Virus record (IMG/VR): IMGVR_UViG_3300034112_000721
Location: 32,001-96,000 of that record
Reading direction: 5' to 3' (one strand)
Source: a virus
DNA length: 64,000 bases
Shown here: positions 12,301 through 21,600 of the stretch, one piece after another
Layout: each line of letters begins with the position of its first letter
Position numbering within the stretch: position 1 is the stretch's first letter
Made by a program: the position numbers and the translations under genes
Notes under the pieces: model-generated
Told to the model about the DNA's origin: nothing
The model's input: only the letters and a program-made list of their open reading frames with translations
The model's database searches: none

Positions 12301-13659
12301 AGAAGTTTTAGTAGTAGATGGAGCATTTGATTTGTTAGCTGCTTTTGCTGCAGCTTCTGATCCCGTAGCTTTTGCTACTTCTTCTGTAGACTTATTATTT
12401 ACCCCTTGTGCTACTGTTTCAGTAACAAGTCTTCCTGGTGTTACTACTCTAGTGTTTTGATTAACACCATACATTCCAGGAAAAGACATTGATGGAAACA
12501 TGGACATTAACATGAGTGGATTAAACTGTATGTCAGCATTTCTTAAACCACCAAGTAATCCAAAATTATATTTTGCAGAAGTTACTCCTGGAGGAGTAAA
12601 TGGCACACCAAACATTTTTCTATTTGCTCTTGCCATTCTACCACCACCAAATAAACCTGGTCTCCGATTCATATACATATTTCTATACATTTGTTCAGCT
12701 TGTTGTCTATAGAAATTTTCTTGCGCCTGGTTTCTAATAGCTCCAACAAAATTATTATTAGTAATTGTTGGTACAGGTTGTGTAGGATTTGTTTCAGTGC
12801 CTTTTACATTAGCTGTATTTGCATCTTTTGTTTCAGTTCCAGCAGCTGGTGTTTGTTGTCCATCTTGAGCTTTTTTAAGTTGTCTGACCATCTTATTTAC
12901 AAATGATCTTTTATTAGGTATGTTTCCACCAATTGCATATTGATTAGCCATATTGTAATCATCTAAATCTAGTACATCATTAAAATTATCAACTGCACCA
13001 CCTATTTGTTTATATGACCAATTACCTCTAACCTCATTAATATCCATATAATTATCTTGCTCTTCTGGTAATTCTTCTTCCTGATCATCTGCTTCTGCTA
13101 CTTCTTCATCATCTTTAATAGCATTAAATTCTAAATCATTTATTAAATTAGAACCACCAATATTAGAATTATCTTCTCCTGCTAATTCAGCATAATAACT
13201 TGCAGAATTATTATCTGTCTCTTTTTGCTCTGGAGCTTCAGTAATTGTTTCTTCTGTTATTTCAAGTCTTTCATTTTGTTGATCTCTTGCTTCCTTTCCA
13301 AACTGAGAAAATATTCCTTCCACTAATTGATTTACATTGGGAAGTATATTTGCAAGTTGCGGATAAGCTTCCTGATATGGCTCATACTTAGCATATATGG
13401 CTTCTTTTACATCATCACTTCCACCACCTCTAGAAATCATTTCTATAATATCTTTAACTATGATATCTTCAAAATTAACTTGTTGCTGTTGTTGTGGTTG
13501 TGGTTGCATACCTTGCATCTGTTGCATAATACCTGCAGTTACAGGAGTAACTCCAGACTCTGCACCCATCTCTGCTTGTCTTAACCACTTAGCGGTTTTA
13601 TTTATATAGCCTCCTTTACCATAAGGATCTTTATAAACTATTACTTTTCTTTTTGCCAT
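9361..13659 (-). CDS. Large low-complexity internal virion protein with multiple xxGG motifs
   Basis: 1432-aa ORF rich in Q/P/T/G/N, with PAPKPAPKPAPKP and motifs YAIGG, FQQGG, FRDGG, KKGG. Confidence 0.55.
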   Translation of the reverse strand: MAKRKVIVYKDPYGKGGYINKTAKWLRQAEMGAESGVTPVTAGIMQQMQGMQPQPQQQQQVNFEDIIVKDIIEMISRGGGSDDVKEAIYAKYEPYQEAYPQLANILPNVNQLVEGIFSQFGKEARDQQNERLEITEETITEAPEQKETDNNSASYYAELAGEDNSNIGGSNLINDLEFNAIKDDEEVAEADDQEEELPEEQDNYMDINEVRGNWSYKQIGGAVDNFNDVLDLDDYNMANQYAIGGNIPNKRSFVNKMVRQLKKAQDGQQTPAAGTETKDANTANVKGTETNPTQPVPTITNNNFVGAIRNQAQENFYRQQAEQMYRNMYMNRRPGLFGGGRMARANRKMFGVPFTPPGVTSAKYNFGLLGGLRNADIQFNPLMLMSMFPSMSFPGMYGVNQNTRVVTPGRLVTETVAQGVNNKSTEEVAKATGSEAAAKAANKSNAPSTTKTSVKPAQTKKGLGIPLKTPPAPVTSSTGKVNMSGITPAPKPAPKPAPKPVSSSDGGLDFWDYLKIGATFINPGIAPWFQQGGFVDPNRPDLTKFVYGTEVDNVFLSDILQPPVNQSDLDYTNSKDVTDSYFRDGGLYKFQGTGNSEVDKSNTFKPITTKEEYDKAIAEERKKIEEATQKKYNTQTQTQQQQYYPGGFGSAGPWQPVWGYPQFGGNPYAGSFGGRGMFQTAANLYRPFTRGASTFSPVGDPLQYAATAAAITKAGMLPTGIKYSKERKQDGNWFERNLGFNKDRITTIDYATPGQIAAGLPALSGTAAGTTGQQDTRGYKYKGMGLSGLRLGANDLIQRIRFGKPLEDDRPYTQQPTTPTSSLKVESPYTPVSSMTRTQGADLVTGTPGTPVNIAPTSVLNTTPGAGTSMPTVGAPTSTSAIQAQQRAAAANNITPQRTADIYNNPTTATKGNLTVINAAGEPINIDSPEYYDEEEMVTPQQNTPAVNNQPASVPQTEEPQSEQEIPETENASVTAGNPVVNNIQPAQNYFQQPNSDLQRFTDNQFTSGSGIPNYGSFNQGDVFMQQPGSNPVADEDFYNSSFSSNPYDGSMIPFNPDYEQPTEYKFGVDPLTSSSSSDIAINNPNSILNTMEGRDWFAQQTPEVQKQIIKNQTGTGVRAGARAGVRRNQQPTNNFGPRYNPASERFDPISAYWSRDIYNLKNRFNPKIDYSKNYSEDEARKLYDKALSSLYDDRNKQIKRYIGSGQPKNAAERRIYENIMSTYAEKARQIEKKNPFAQSRANGGLVRADLGINFSPVSYPTNSIVQPGGIGQGKIGPCTEDEVKDPNSPCYDPMYAGQGPRTMEQLPTQAQLKLKENRTGTINYDNISRGLMDAGATLADIRDYRNDRVNKYIPQMTEIARGEKLKAYQDYNPGGYDPRTGRDVYQQGFEGVIGKKGGSIKNKKTKAPTGGHKIDISDFQNLIKLAGLNKK

Positions 13660-13718
13660 TATACACTATATATTACTAAATATACTAAAAATAAATTTAA
13701 TTAGTAAACCTATTAAGT

Positions 13719-16700
13719 TTAATCTATTTCTTCTACTATCCAGCCACCTTTTCTATACTGATTTATTTCTTTATCAGAAAGATCCATTATCATACCCCCA
13801 TCTTGAAACATTCTTGTGTTACCACCAAATCTTTTTTGCTGCATTGCTGCAGCATAAATGTTATTTATATTTTGAAGACTTGGTTCAATTATCTTAGTAA
13901 AAGTTTTTAGTTGTTCAATTCTTGGATCTACTTGTTCTTCTTCTTTTCTTGGTTGCCAATCATCATTTTGCATGTCTTTGATGATTGTTGTTTTTACAAC
14001 TGTTTTTTCACCAGGTGTTCTTGTTGTACTTGATTCAAACCCAGGTATTGATTGATTTGAAGATCCTACAAGTGGTCTACCAGAAAACTTAGATATTCTG
14101 CGCTTAACATCTCCTACTGTATAGTAACCTTTTTTATCTGCATCAAAAGTTTTATTTTGATTATATAAGGCATCTTGATTTATTCCAAATACTTTAATAC
14201 CGCTTCCACTAGCACCTAATACAAAATCATCTGGTTTTCCAACTGCAGCTGGAAGAAATGTATACATATATAAATCACCAATGTCTTTTGCTTTACCCAC
14301 TACTGGTTTATAAAATTTTTCTACATAATCCAATTGTTCAATAGCAGACATATTTTTTAAAGCTTCAATACTTGTACCTAAACCTTTTGCAGTATTTGGC
14401 ATAAACTGAATTAAGCCTGTTGCATTTGTATAAGGATTAACAGCAGCTGGATTTAACCCAGATTCATGATTCATAATACCAATTAAATCTTCTAGTGATA
14501 CTCCAAGATTATTAGCTACTTGTTGTGCTTTTGCTTGGAAGGCAGGATCCAATCCACTCATCTGCATACCAGTTCTTGCCTTTGTTAAACTTGGTGTAGA
14601 AAAATCTTCTACTATATATCCTTGTTTTACAAGTTTATCAATTTCTTTTTCTGTAAGTTCAGATACTATACCATTATCATTTGTTTCAATTAAACCACCA
14701 GATTTATAGTTTGCTCCATCATTAGTACCATAAGCAGCAGCTCCTACTCCAAGTCCTGTTGGTATAATATATGGTAACATGGATTTATATATATTAGGAT
14801 TAGTCATATCCAAAAGTATATTTCCTACTGCTGATTTCATCCTGTTTGAAAAAGGAACTACCATTTCAAAAGCATTTTCATTTATATTAGGATAAAACTC
14901 ATCACCTATTACAATATCTTTATCTAAGTATTGTTTAACTCCTCTATTTTTCATTTTTTCAGAAATATTTCTATGAAAATTTCGAAGTTGAGGATCTGCC
15001 AAATGTGCTCTAGCTGACTTTGGTATAGATGGATCTATAAAACTACTAGCATATAATGGTGATTTTGCGTTTACATATAAATTATATTGATTAACACCAT
15101 AGTCTTTTGAATACTCTAACGGAGTTACGTAAGTTCCTACTCCTTTATCTCCCTTATCTGTTGTGGAACCAAAATGCTCTTCTTTAAATTCCACAAATTT
15201 ATTTGGAGAACCATGCTTTACTGGTAAAACATTACCTTTTGAGTCTCTTAAAATAATAGGAAAAGCTTTTTTAAAATTACTACTTTGTTGAATTACAAAT
15301 TGTTCAGGAGTTCCTTGAAAAGGTGTACCATCAGCATTTTTCATCCATGTACCAGCTTCTTTATTAGCCTTTTCTATATCATTTAATTCTTGAATAACAT
15401 TAGGATTATTATCAAAGTCTTCTTTATATTTAACCCAGTTTCTCCAATCTATTTCTGATTGAAATTTAGAATTAGGAGAACCTGGTAGTTGTTTAGGAAC
15501 ATCTATTTTTTTATATCCCTTTAACCAGTGTTGTTTATAAATAGTAGCTTCATTTGTTGGAATAAATTTTTCTGGATTTGTATAGACAATATCACCCAAA
15601 TCTTTGCCAGATCCAAAATAAGTATTTAACGGAGTAAATCTTGAATCTTTTGCCGCATTAGAAACTTCTGTCATATAAGGACCTGGATACCCTCTATCCC
15701 AAACATGACCAAAATACTTTCTAGTATCAGATGGAACACCCATTGTATAATAAGTTTCAGGATGTACTATTTTAATATCACTACCTTGAGAACTTGGTCT
15801 AAAATATCCACTTTCTAAAGCATCCTTTAAACCAGCTTCATCTCCAATCATTCTATAAGCGGCTTCAGGATTAGGTTTAAATGCCCAAGGGTTATATTTA
15901 TAAGTATTTTTTAAAGGTGTTTTGGTAGTAATAAACTCTCCTAAATTTGAAATAGCCTTCGGTGCTGCACCAAACATATTAATAACTCCAGGAGACCCTA
16001 AAATACCCAATGCATCTAAACCAACATTTCCTACTGCATCTAATATGTTAGAAGTAGTAGGATTATTATATGCTTTTTCTAAACTCTTTCTAGACTCAGA
16101 ATCAGAATCTGCAAGATTAGCTGCACTTTGTGAACCAAAAATTAAACTTGCAATATTAAATGGAGTTACTGTACCTGCAGTAGCTGTTGTTATTCCTTCT
16201 CCAAGTGGTAGAGCTGTATTTAATGCTGGCCAAATAACATTTTTAGCATATTTAGATCCAGATTTTAGAGCATTACCAACAAGACCTGCAGCACCACCAC
16301 TAGGTCCCATAAAGAACATTTCGGGATATACCATTTGTACAGGAGCATCTCCATAGTTATTCCAAGGACCATTACCAGTAACTTGTCTTCCATTATAATA
16401 ATAAGTTTTTGGTTTAACAGGATTATAAGTAGATTTGTATGCCCTTTCAATATCTGATTCTGCACCAAATATATTTTCATTTATCCAATCTCCAAAATCT
16501 TCTAAATAAGTTTGGTTTTTATTTTTATCTTCAATGTTCATAACCCATTGCTTATATTTAGCATCAGCATCAGGATCTTTTAATTCCATTTTATCTCCAT
16601 CTATGTAAATTATTTTGTTTTTTTCTTCATATGGATCTTTTTTTGATTTGAGATCAATTTCTTTTGCGTCTTGAACAAAATCACGTACAGCAAGATTTAC

Positions 16701-18656
16701 CTCTCCAGGTTTAGTTTTAGGTGCACTAGCTAATTTTTCAACTGCAGCAAGACTTTTTGGTTTTGCTGTTGCTCTAGCAGCACTAACATTACTAGAAGGT
16801 TTAGATTTATTTTCTGATTCAGAGATTGCCTTAGTAATATAATTAGCCATATTACCAAGACCACCAGCAGCACCACTAGCAATTAATCTTGAAAGCTCAG
16901 CAGCTTTTTCTTTTTCTTGAAGTTGTTTTATTGGATTACCTCCTTTATCCATTCTAGTTAATGAAGGTATAGAAATGTCTTCTATTATATATCCACCTTT
17001 TCTGTATTCTTCTATTTGATTATCATCAAGTTCAAGTTCAATATAACTAGGTGCTCCAATCATATTTCTTAAAAAACTCTGTGCATCAGAATCTGCAATT
17101 GAAGGATTTTCAGTTGCTATATTTCTACCATAAACATTTGTAATTGGCCTATAACCAATTTTTCTATCTTCATCTACAGCATGCTGAAATGTTTCATGTG
17201 CAGGTGATTTTAAATATTCTCCTGTATTTTGATTAATACTATATGCATGATAATAACCATCACTCTCTTTGGGTTGATCATAATTAAATTTTTCTGGTCT
17301 TCCCTCAGAATCCCAATAACCCCTTATATCATATGTAGCATCATCTGTTTGAAGATTTTCAGGAAGTGTAGCATAAAATTTTTGAAATTCTATTTCTTCT
17401 TCTGGTGACAGTTTAGTAATACCACCATTTTGTTTCCTTATAAGATTACCTATAGAATGTCCATAGCTTGCTTCTGGTAATTCTACACCATCTTTAAATA
17501 TTTGTCCTGCACTTCCTAATTTATTAATAACAGATTGTTTATTATCTATATGTCTATTTATTCCCAGTTCTTTTATTTTAGCTATCTTAGCTTTATCTGA
17601 TCCTGTTGCAAATATTCTATCTTCAGATATTCCCGCAGCTCTTGCTCTTTCTATCATATCTGGTGTTACTTCAGCTCTAGCAGATATTATATATTTTTCA
17701 TTAGGCATGGATTGAGCCATTTGTAAACCTCTATCTGTGCTAAGTGTATCATCAAAGTCAAATGAAATTATTTCACCTCCTATTTTTTTATATTTTAACT
17801 TTTTAAGATTTTCTAAAATGCTTTCTATTCTTTGTTCTTCTTGTCTCGCCTCTCCTTCTATTGTAGATGGATTCATATACATTCTTTCCTGTGCTAAATT
17901 TAGTATTTTCTCTTCTGGCATATCAGGATTTTCTTGCATAATTTGATCAAAAGCTTGATCAAATTCAACACCTCTTCTATCATAATAAGCACCTATTGCT
18001 TCATCTGATGCAACATATGGATTAGGCCTAAGACCTACTGAACCGTATGTACTCATTTTACCATCCATATTTTGTTTATCATGAAAAAGTTCATGCGCCA
18101 ACCACCAAGGATTATTTATATTTTCTATTGGACTATTTGGATTATATGTTATAGTTCTAAATGCAGAATTATAACCTAATTGATGTTCAGGATTATTAGG
18201 ATCATAATTTTTTATTGGAACATATGTTATACCACCATCTTGAAAATATGGAGAATTAGGATCAAAGATTTTATTCTTTACAGATTTTGATTTTTTAAAT
18301 AACGGGTTTTTTGTAAATAATATATTCCTAGCCATTAAGCTTTTGGAATATTTTTTAGGATACTTTTTACTACCACCTTTCTTAGCTTGTGGTATTTCAT
18401 AAACCATGTCTCCTTCAAACTGATACTCATTACCTGGAGTCATGTATTGTGCATTACCTAAATTATCTATACCCAATAAGTCATCTTCTACTCCTTTCAT
18501 GGTTATCTTTCCAGTAGGTGTAGGTACTGCAGTAGGAAGACCTGGGTAATCCCATTGCCCTCTTTCAGAAACAATAAATCCTTGAGTAAATCTTTTTAAC
18601 TCATTTGGACCACCGGGTAAACCAGCTTTTTCATATTTCTTAAAAGACTTCTTCAT
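13719..18656 (-). CDS. Polyvalent multi-enzyme virion protein: zincin, HAD-like, ART-like and lytic transglycosylase domains
   Basis: 1645 aa; HELFH...EGEA (zincin), SFDFDDTL...IISAR...K...HIDN (HAD), YRMIG and HGSP...GVGTYVT (ART-like), HESGLNPAAVN...ATGLIQFMPNTA (SLT). Confidence 0.7.
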   Translation of the reverse strand: MKKSFKKYEKAGLPGGPNELKRFTQGFIVSERGQWDYPGLPTAVPTPTGKITMKGVEDDLLGIDNLGNAQYMTPGNEYQFEGDMVYEIPQAKKGGSKKYPKKYSKSLMARNILFTKNPLFKKSKSVKNKIFDPNSPYFQDGGITYVPIKNYDPNNPEHQLGYNSAFRTITYNPNSPIENINNPWWLAHELFHDKQNMDGKMSTYGSVGLRPNPYVASDEAIGAYYDRRGVEFDQAFDQIMQENPDMPEEKILNLAQERMYMNPSTIEGEARQEEQRIESILENLKKLKYKKIGGEIISFDFDDTLSTDRGLQMAQSMPNEKYIISARAEVTPDMIERARAAGISEDRIFATGSDKAKIAKIKELGINRHIDNKQSVINKLGSAGQIFKDGVELPEASYGHSIGNLIRKQNGGITKLSPEEEIEFQKFYATLPENLQTDDATYDIRGYWDSEGRPEKFNYDQPKESDGYYHAYSINQNTGEYLKSPAHETFQHAVDEDRKIGYRPITNVYGRNIATENPSIADSDAQSFLRNMIGAPSYIELELDDNQIEEYRKGGYIIEDISIPSLTRMDKGGNPIKQLQEKEKAAELSRLIASGAAGGLGNMANYITKAISESENKSKPSSNVSAARATAKPKSLAAVEKLASAPKTKPGEVNLAVRDFVQDAKEIDLKSKKDPYEEKNKIIYIDGDKMELKDPDADAKYKQWVMNIEDKNKNQTYLEDFGDWINENIFGAESDIERAYKSTYNPVKPKTYYYNGRQVTGNGPWNNYGDAPVQMVYPEMFFMGPSGGAAGLVGNALKSGSKYAKNVIWPALNTALPLGEGITTATAGTVTPFNIASLIFGSQSAANLADSDSESRKSLEKAYNNPTTSNILDAVGNVGLDALGILGSPGVINMFGAAPKAISNLGEFITTKTPLKNTYKYNPWAFKPNPEAAYRMIGDEAGLKDALESGYFRPSSQGSDIKIVHPETYYTMGVPSDTRKYFGHVWDRGYPGPYMTEVSNAAKDSRFTPLNTYFGSGKDLGDIVYTNPEKFIPTNEATIYKQHWLKGYKKIDVPKQLPGSPNSKFQSEIDWRNWVKYKEDFDNNPNVIQELNDIEKANKEAGTWMKNADGTPFQGTPEQFVIQQSSNFKKAFPIILRDSKGNVLPVKHGSPNKFVEFKEEHFGSTTDKGDKGVGTYVTPLEYSKDYGVNQYNLYVNAKSPLYASSFIDPSIPKSARAHLADPQLRNFHRNISEKMKNRGVKQYLDKDIVIGDEFYPNINENAFEMVVPFSNRMKSAVGNILLDMTNPNIYKSMLPYIIPTGLGVGAAAYGTNDGANYKSGGLIETNDNGIVSELTEKEIDKLVKQGYIVEDFSTPSLTKARTGMQMSGLDPAFQAKAQQVANNLGVSLEDLIGIMNHESGLNPAAVNPYTNATGLIQFMPNTAKGLGTSIEALKNMSAIEQLDYVEKFYKPVVGKAKDIGDLYMYTFLPAAVGKPDDFVLGASGSGIKVFGINQDALYNQNKTFDADKKGYYTVGDVKRRISKFSGRPLVGSSNQSIPGFESSTTRTPGEKTVVKTTIIKDMQNDDWQPRKEEEQVDPRIEQLKTFTKIIEPSLQNINNIYAAAMQQKRFGGNTRMFQDGGMIMDLSDKEINQYRKGGWIVEEID

Positions 18657-21600
18657 TATCTTATTGACATTTCATTTTTACTATTTACAACTTTTAATAT
18701 AAAGTTGATATCTCTTTCTTGTTCTGTAGCAAGTTTAGATAAAAATAAATAATTTAAGTAATGTCTAAACTTCTTTCTTTGAGTATCTAACTTAGCATAA
18801 TTTAAGTTTGCATTATTCAAAGTTTTAATATAACCATTTGGTTCTGTATTCCAAATAAATTGTTCAGAATAATTACCAAGAAGTTGTGTAGTTCCAGGAA
18901 CAAGAGGTCCTGTTGGAGGGTAATCTGACCCAATTGGAAATTCTCCTCTATCTTTTGTAATATCCCAATACTGATTAAACCTATACTTATTTTCTTCTTT
19001 TGAAAATAATATATCAAATGAAGATAAGTTGGATTGATTTAATTTAGGATATTGTAATGAAAGAGTAATATTATTTTTTGGGAATATGTTTAAATTAAGA
19101 TATCCAGATACTTGCTCTGTGTTAGATATAACTGCTTGACTAAAGTTTGCATCAAGAACATGAAACTGATCTACACAGTTAAATTGTGAATATCTATAAC
19201 ACTCTAAGGTATATTCTATTGATCTTACAATACTTGGAGCAGATCCTGTATTTATTGGATACTCTATTTCAAAAGGATATTGTGTACCATAAAAATTACA
19301 GAAGTCATCACATACATCATTATGTCTCCAGATTGTATTACCTTTTACAGTAAACAATGTTTCTTTAGATGAAAATACAAGATCTGGATGCCAATCATGA
19401 TAACTAATAAATACTTGTAATTTAGGGTCATAACTTACAGTCCATGATGCATCAACAAAAACATTTGGGTGCCCTAATGGATAATTTACTCCAAGATAAT
19501 TAAACTTATTTGTTTCTGGATTATAAGATACTTTACCTATATCCTTTCTTAACTGATAATCTTTCTTAGTAAAGTATAGTATAGATGATCTTGTATCATA
19601 TCCTGCTTGAACACCAATACCAGCTACTGGATTATCTTGATGTGGATAATCTGGAAAATCTTCTGTTAGCTTATATGGTAAAAATAAAGAAAACCACCAC
19701 TTCAATCCATTTTGTGAAATTTCTTTTATACCCTCACCATATGCAAAAAGTTTACCCTGATTCATTGATGCATAATATAATCCAGCTGGTGAGTATATTA
19801 CAGATCTTATATTTTGAGATGAACCATATTCAAATGGTGCATCAGCATTTACTGCAGACTGTGGAGGATTACTAAATAAACCACCATCTCCAATAGTTAC
19901 TTTTTTACCAGATAAAGTCTGTAATGTATCTATACCTTGATAGAACAAAGGTCCTGTAGTTGGGAATGTAAAGATCATACCTGTCATACCAACAGGTTTT
20001 ACCGTAGTAATTTTATCATTAAACTGTACATAGTTTAATGGTAAATAGATCAACCAATTATTATCATAGGATTGATCATCTTGGTACAATGAGTATAACG
20101 CTCTATTTGGATAATATGTAAAACATAATTCTGCAACTTGAGGATCATAATTTGCACCTTGTGTTGATCCGGCAGAAAGATACTGTGTAAAAAACTTAGT
20201 AACACTTAATGAATAATCATAGTTATAAAAGTTACCCTTAGTAATTACTTCTGGATTCATATCAAACAGCTGTCTTAAATCTGTATATTGATATGGTATA
20301 TATGGTTGTTGTGATTGTAAAGTTCCTTGTGATCTAAAGTCTACAAGTACATTACTCTCTACAAAGAAATCTCTTACACCAGAATTAGCTAAATACATGT
20401 ATGAATCCTTAACAGATAAAAATCCTGGATAGTTTCCTTCCGTATCATTTTGTCTATCATAATTATCATTATCTAAATTATAATATCCTTTTGGCATTGG
20501 ACCAGTACCAAATGTTGGCTGAGGAGTTAGTAAAGATATTATATCTGCAATTGTTGTTGCAATATTACCACCAGCAGCAATTGGATTTTCATCTTTACTG
20601 TATGGTGCAGTATTCATCCAATACCTTGCTGTAGGTATATTATTATATAATGCATAGTTCCATATAGTTCCATCAGGTAAATTATATAACCAGTTGTAAA
20701 AGAAAAGCATTGTGTTCTTTTCTGTAAATCTGTTTATATAAGTATCTCCTCCAAATATAATTTCTGATGTTGGAAGAACTTTATGAAATACTTGTCCATT
20801 CAACGGGCAGTTGCCAGATGTTGGTTGAGAAATTATATTATTAGGATCAAATTTTTGTTCACACGTTGTTGCAACAACTTGTTTAATACTATCAATTCTA
20901 CCATATTGATTTTGTACATTATATTTTAATCCAACATAATGACTTGCTATATTTCCTAAAAATTGTTTAAATAATGATTCATTTTTAAAACTCATATCAA
21001 AGCTTGGAACATCAGTTGCTTTACCAAGATTAATTAATGAGTTATCTTCTTGAAAACCAATTTGCTGTGTTGATCCAACATATGTACCAACTAACTGCGG
21101 TCCTATTGTTGGAGCAATGGTAGGTGATGTGTATGTTGTATTTGGAGCAGAAGTTCTAATAAAGACTGTCTTAGGTCTAGAAAGATTATTTATTGTAAAT
21201 CTTTGAAAATTACCAAATCCATTTAAATAATCTGGAACCTCTTGATTTCTATCACTAAGATAGAACCCGTTTTCAATTTTAAATCTTTTTAAGAAATTAG
21301 TATTAGGTGCAACAAATCTTGCATAGAATCCATGTGCTAATGATTGTAAAGCATATTGTCTAAATGGTAAAAATGCTTGAATAATTCTTAGTGTTGTATT
21401 GAACCCCTCAGTAAAATAATATGGTAACTGCACACCAATATTTATTGCGCTTGTTGCAAAAACACCAAGCCCTAAATTATTTAAAACAGTTGCTGTATTA
21501 TAATCTGTTATAAGTGTTGTTGGTGGATATAGTCCAATATTTGCATATGATTGTGCCGTTGTTTCAAAAATCTCTTCAAGCGTTAAAGATGCCGGATTAC

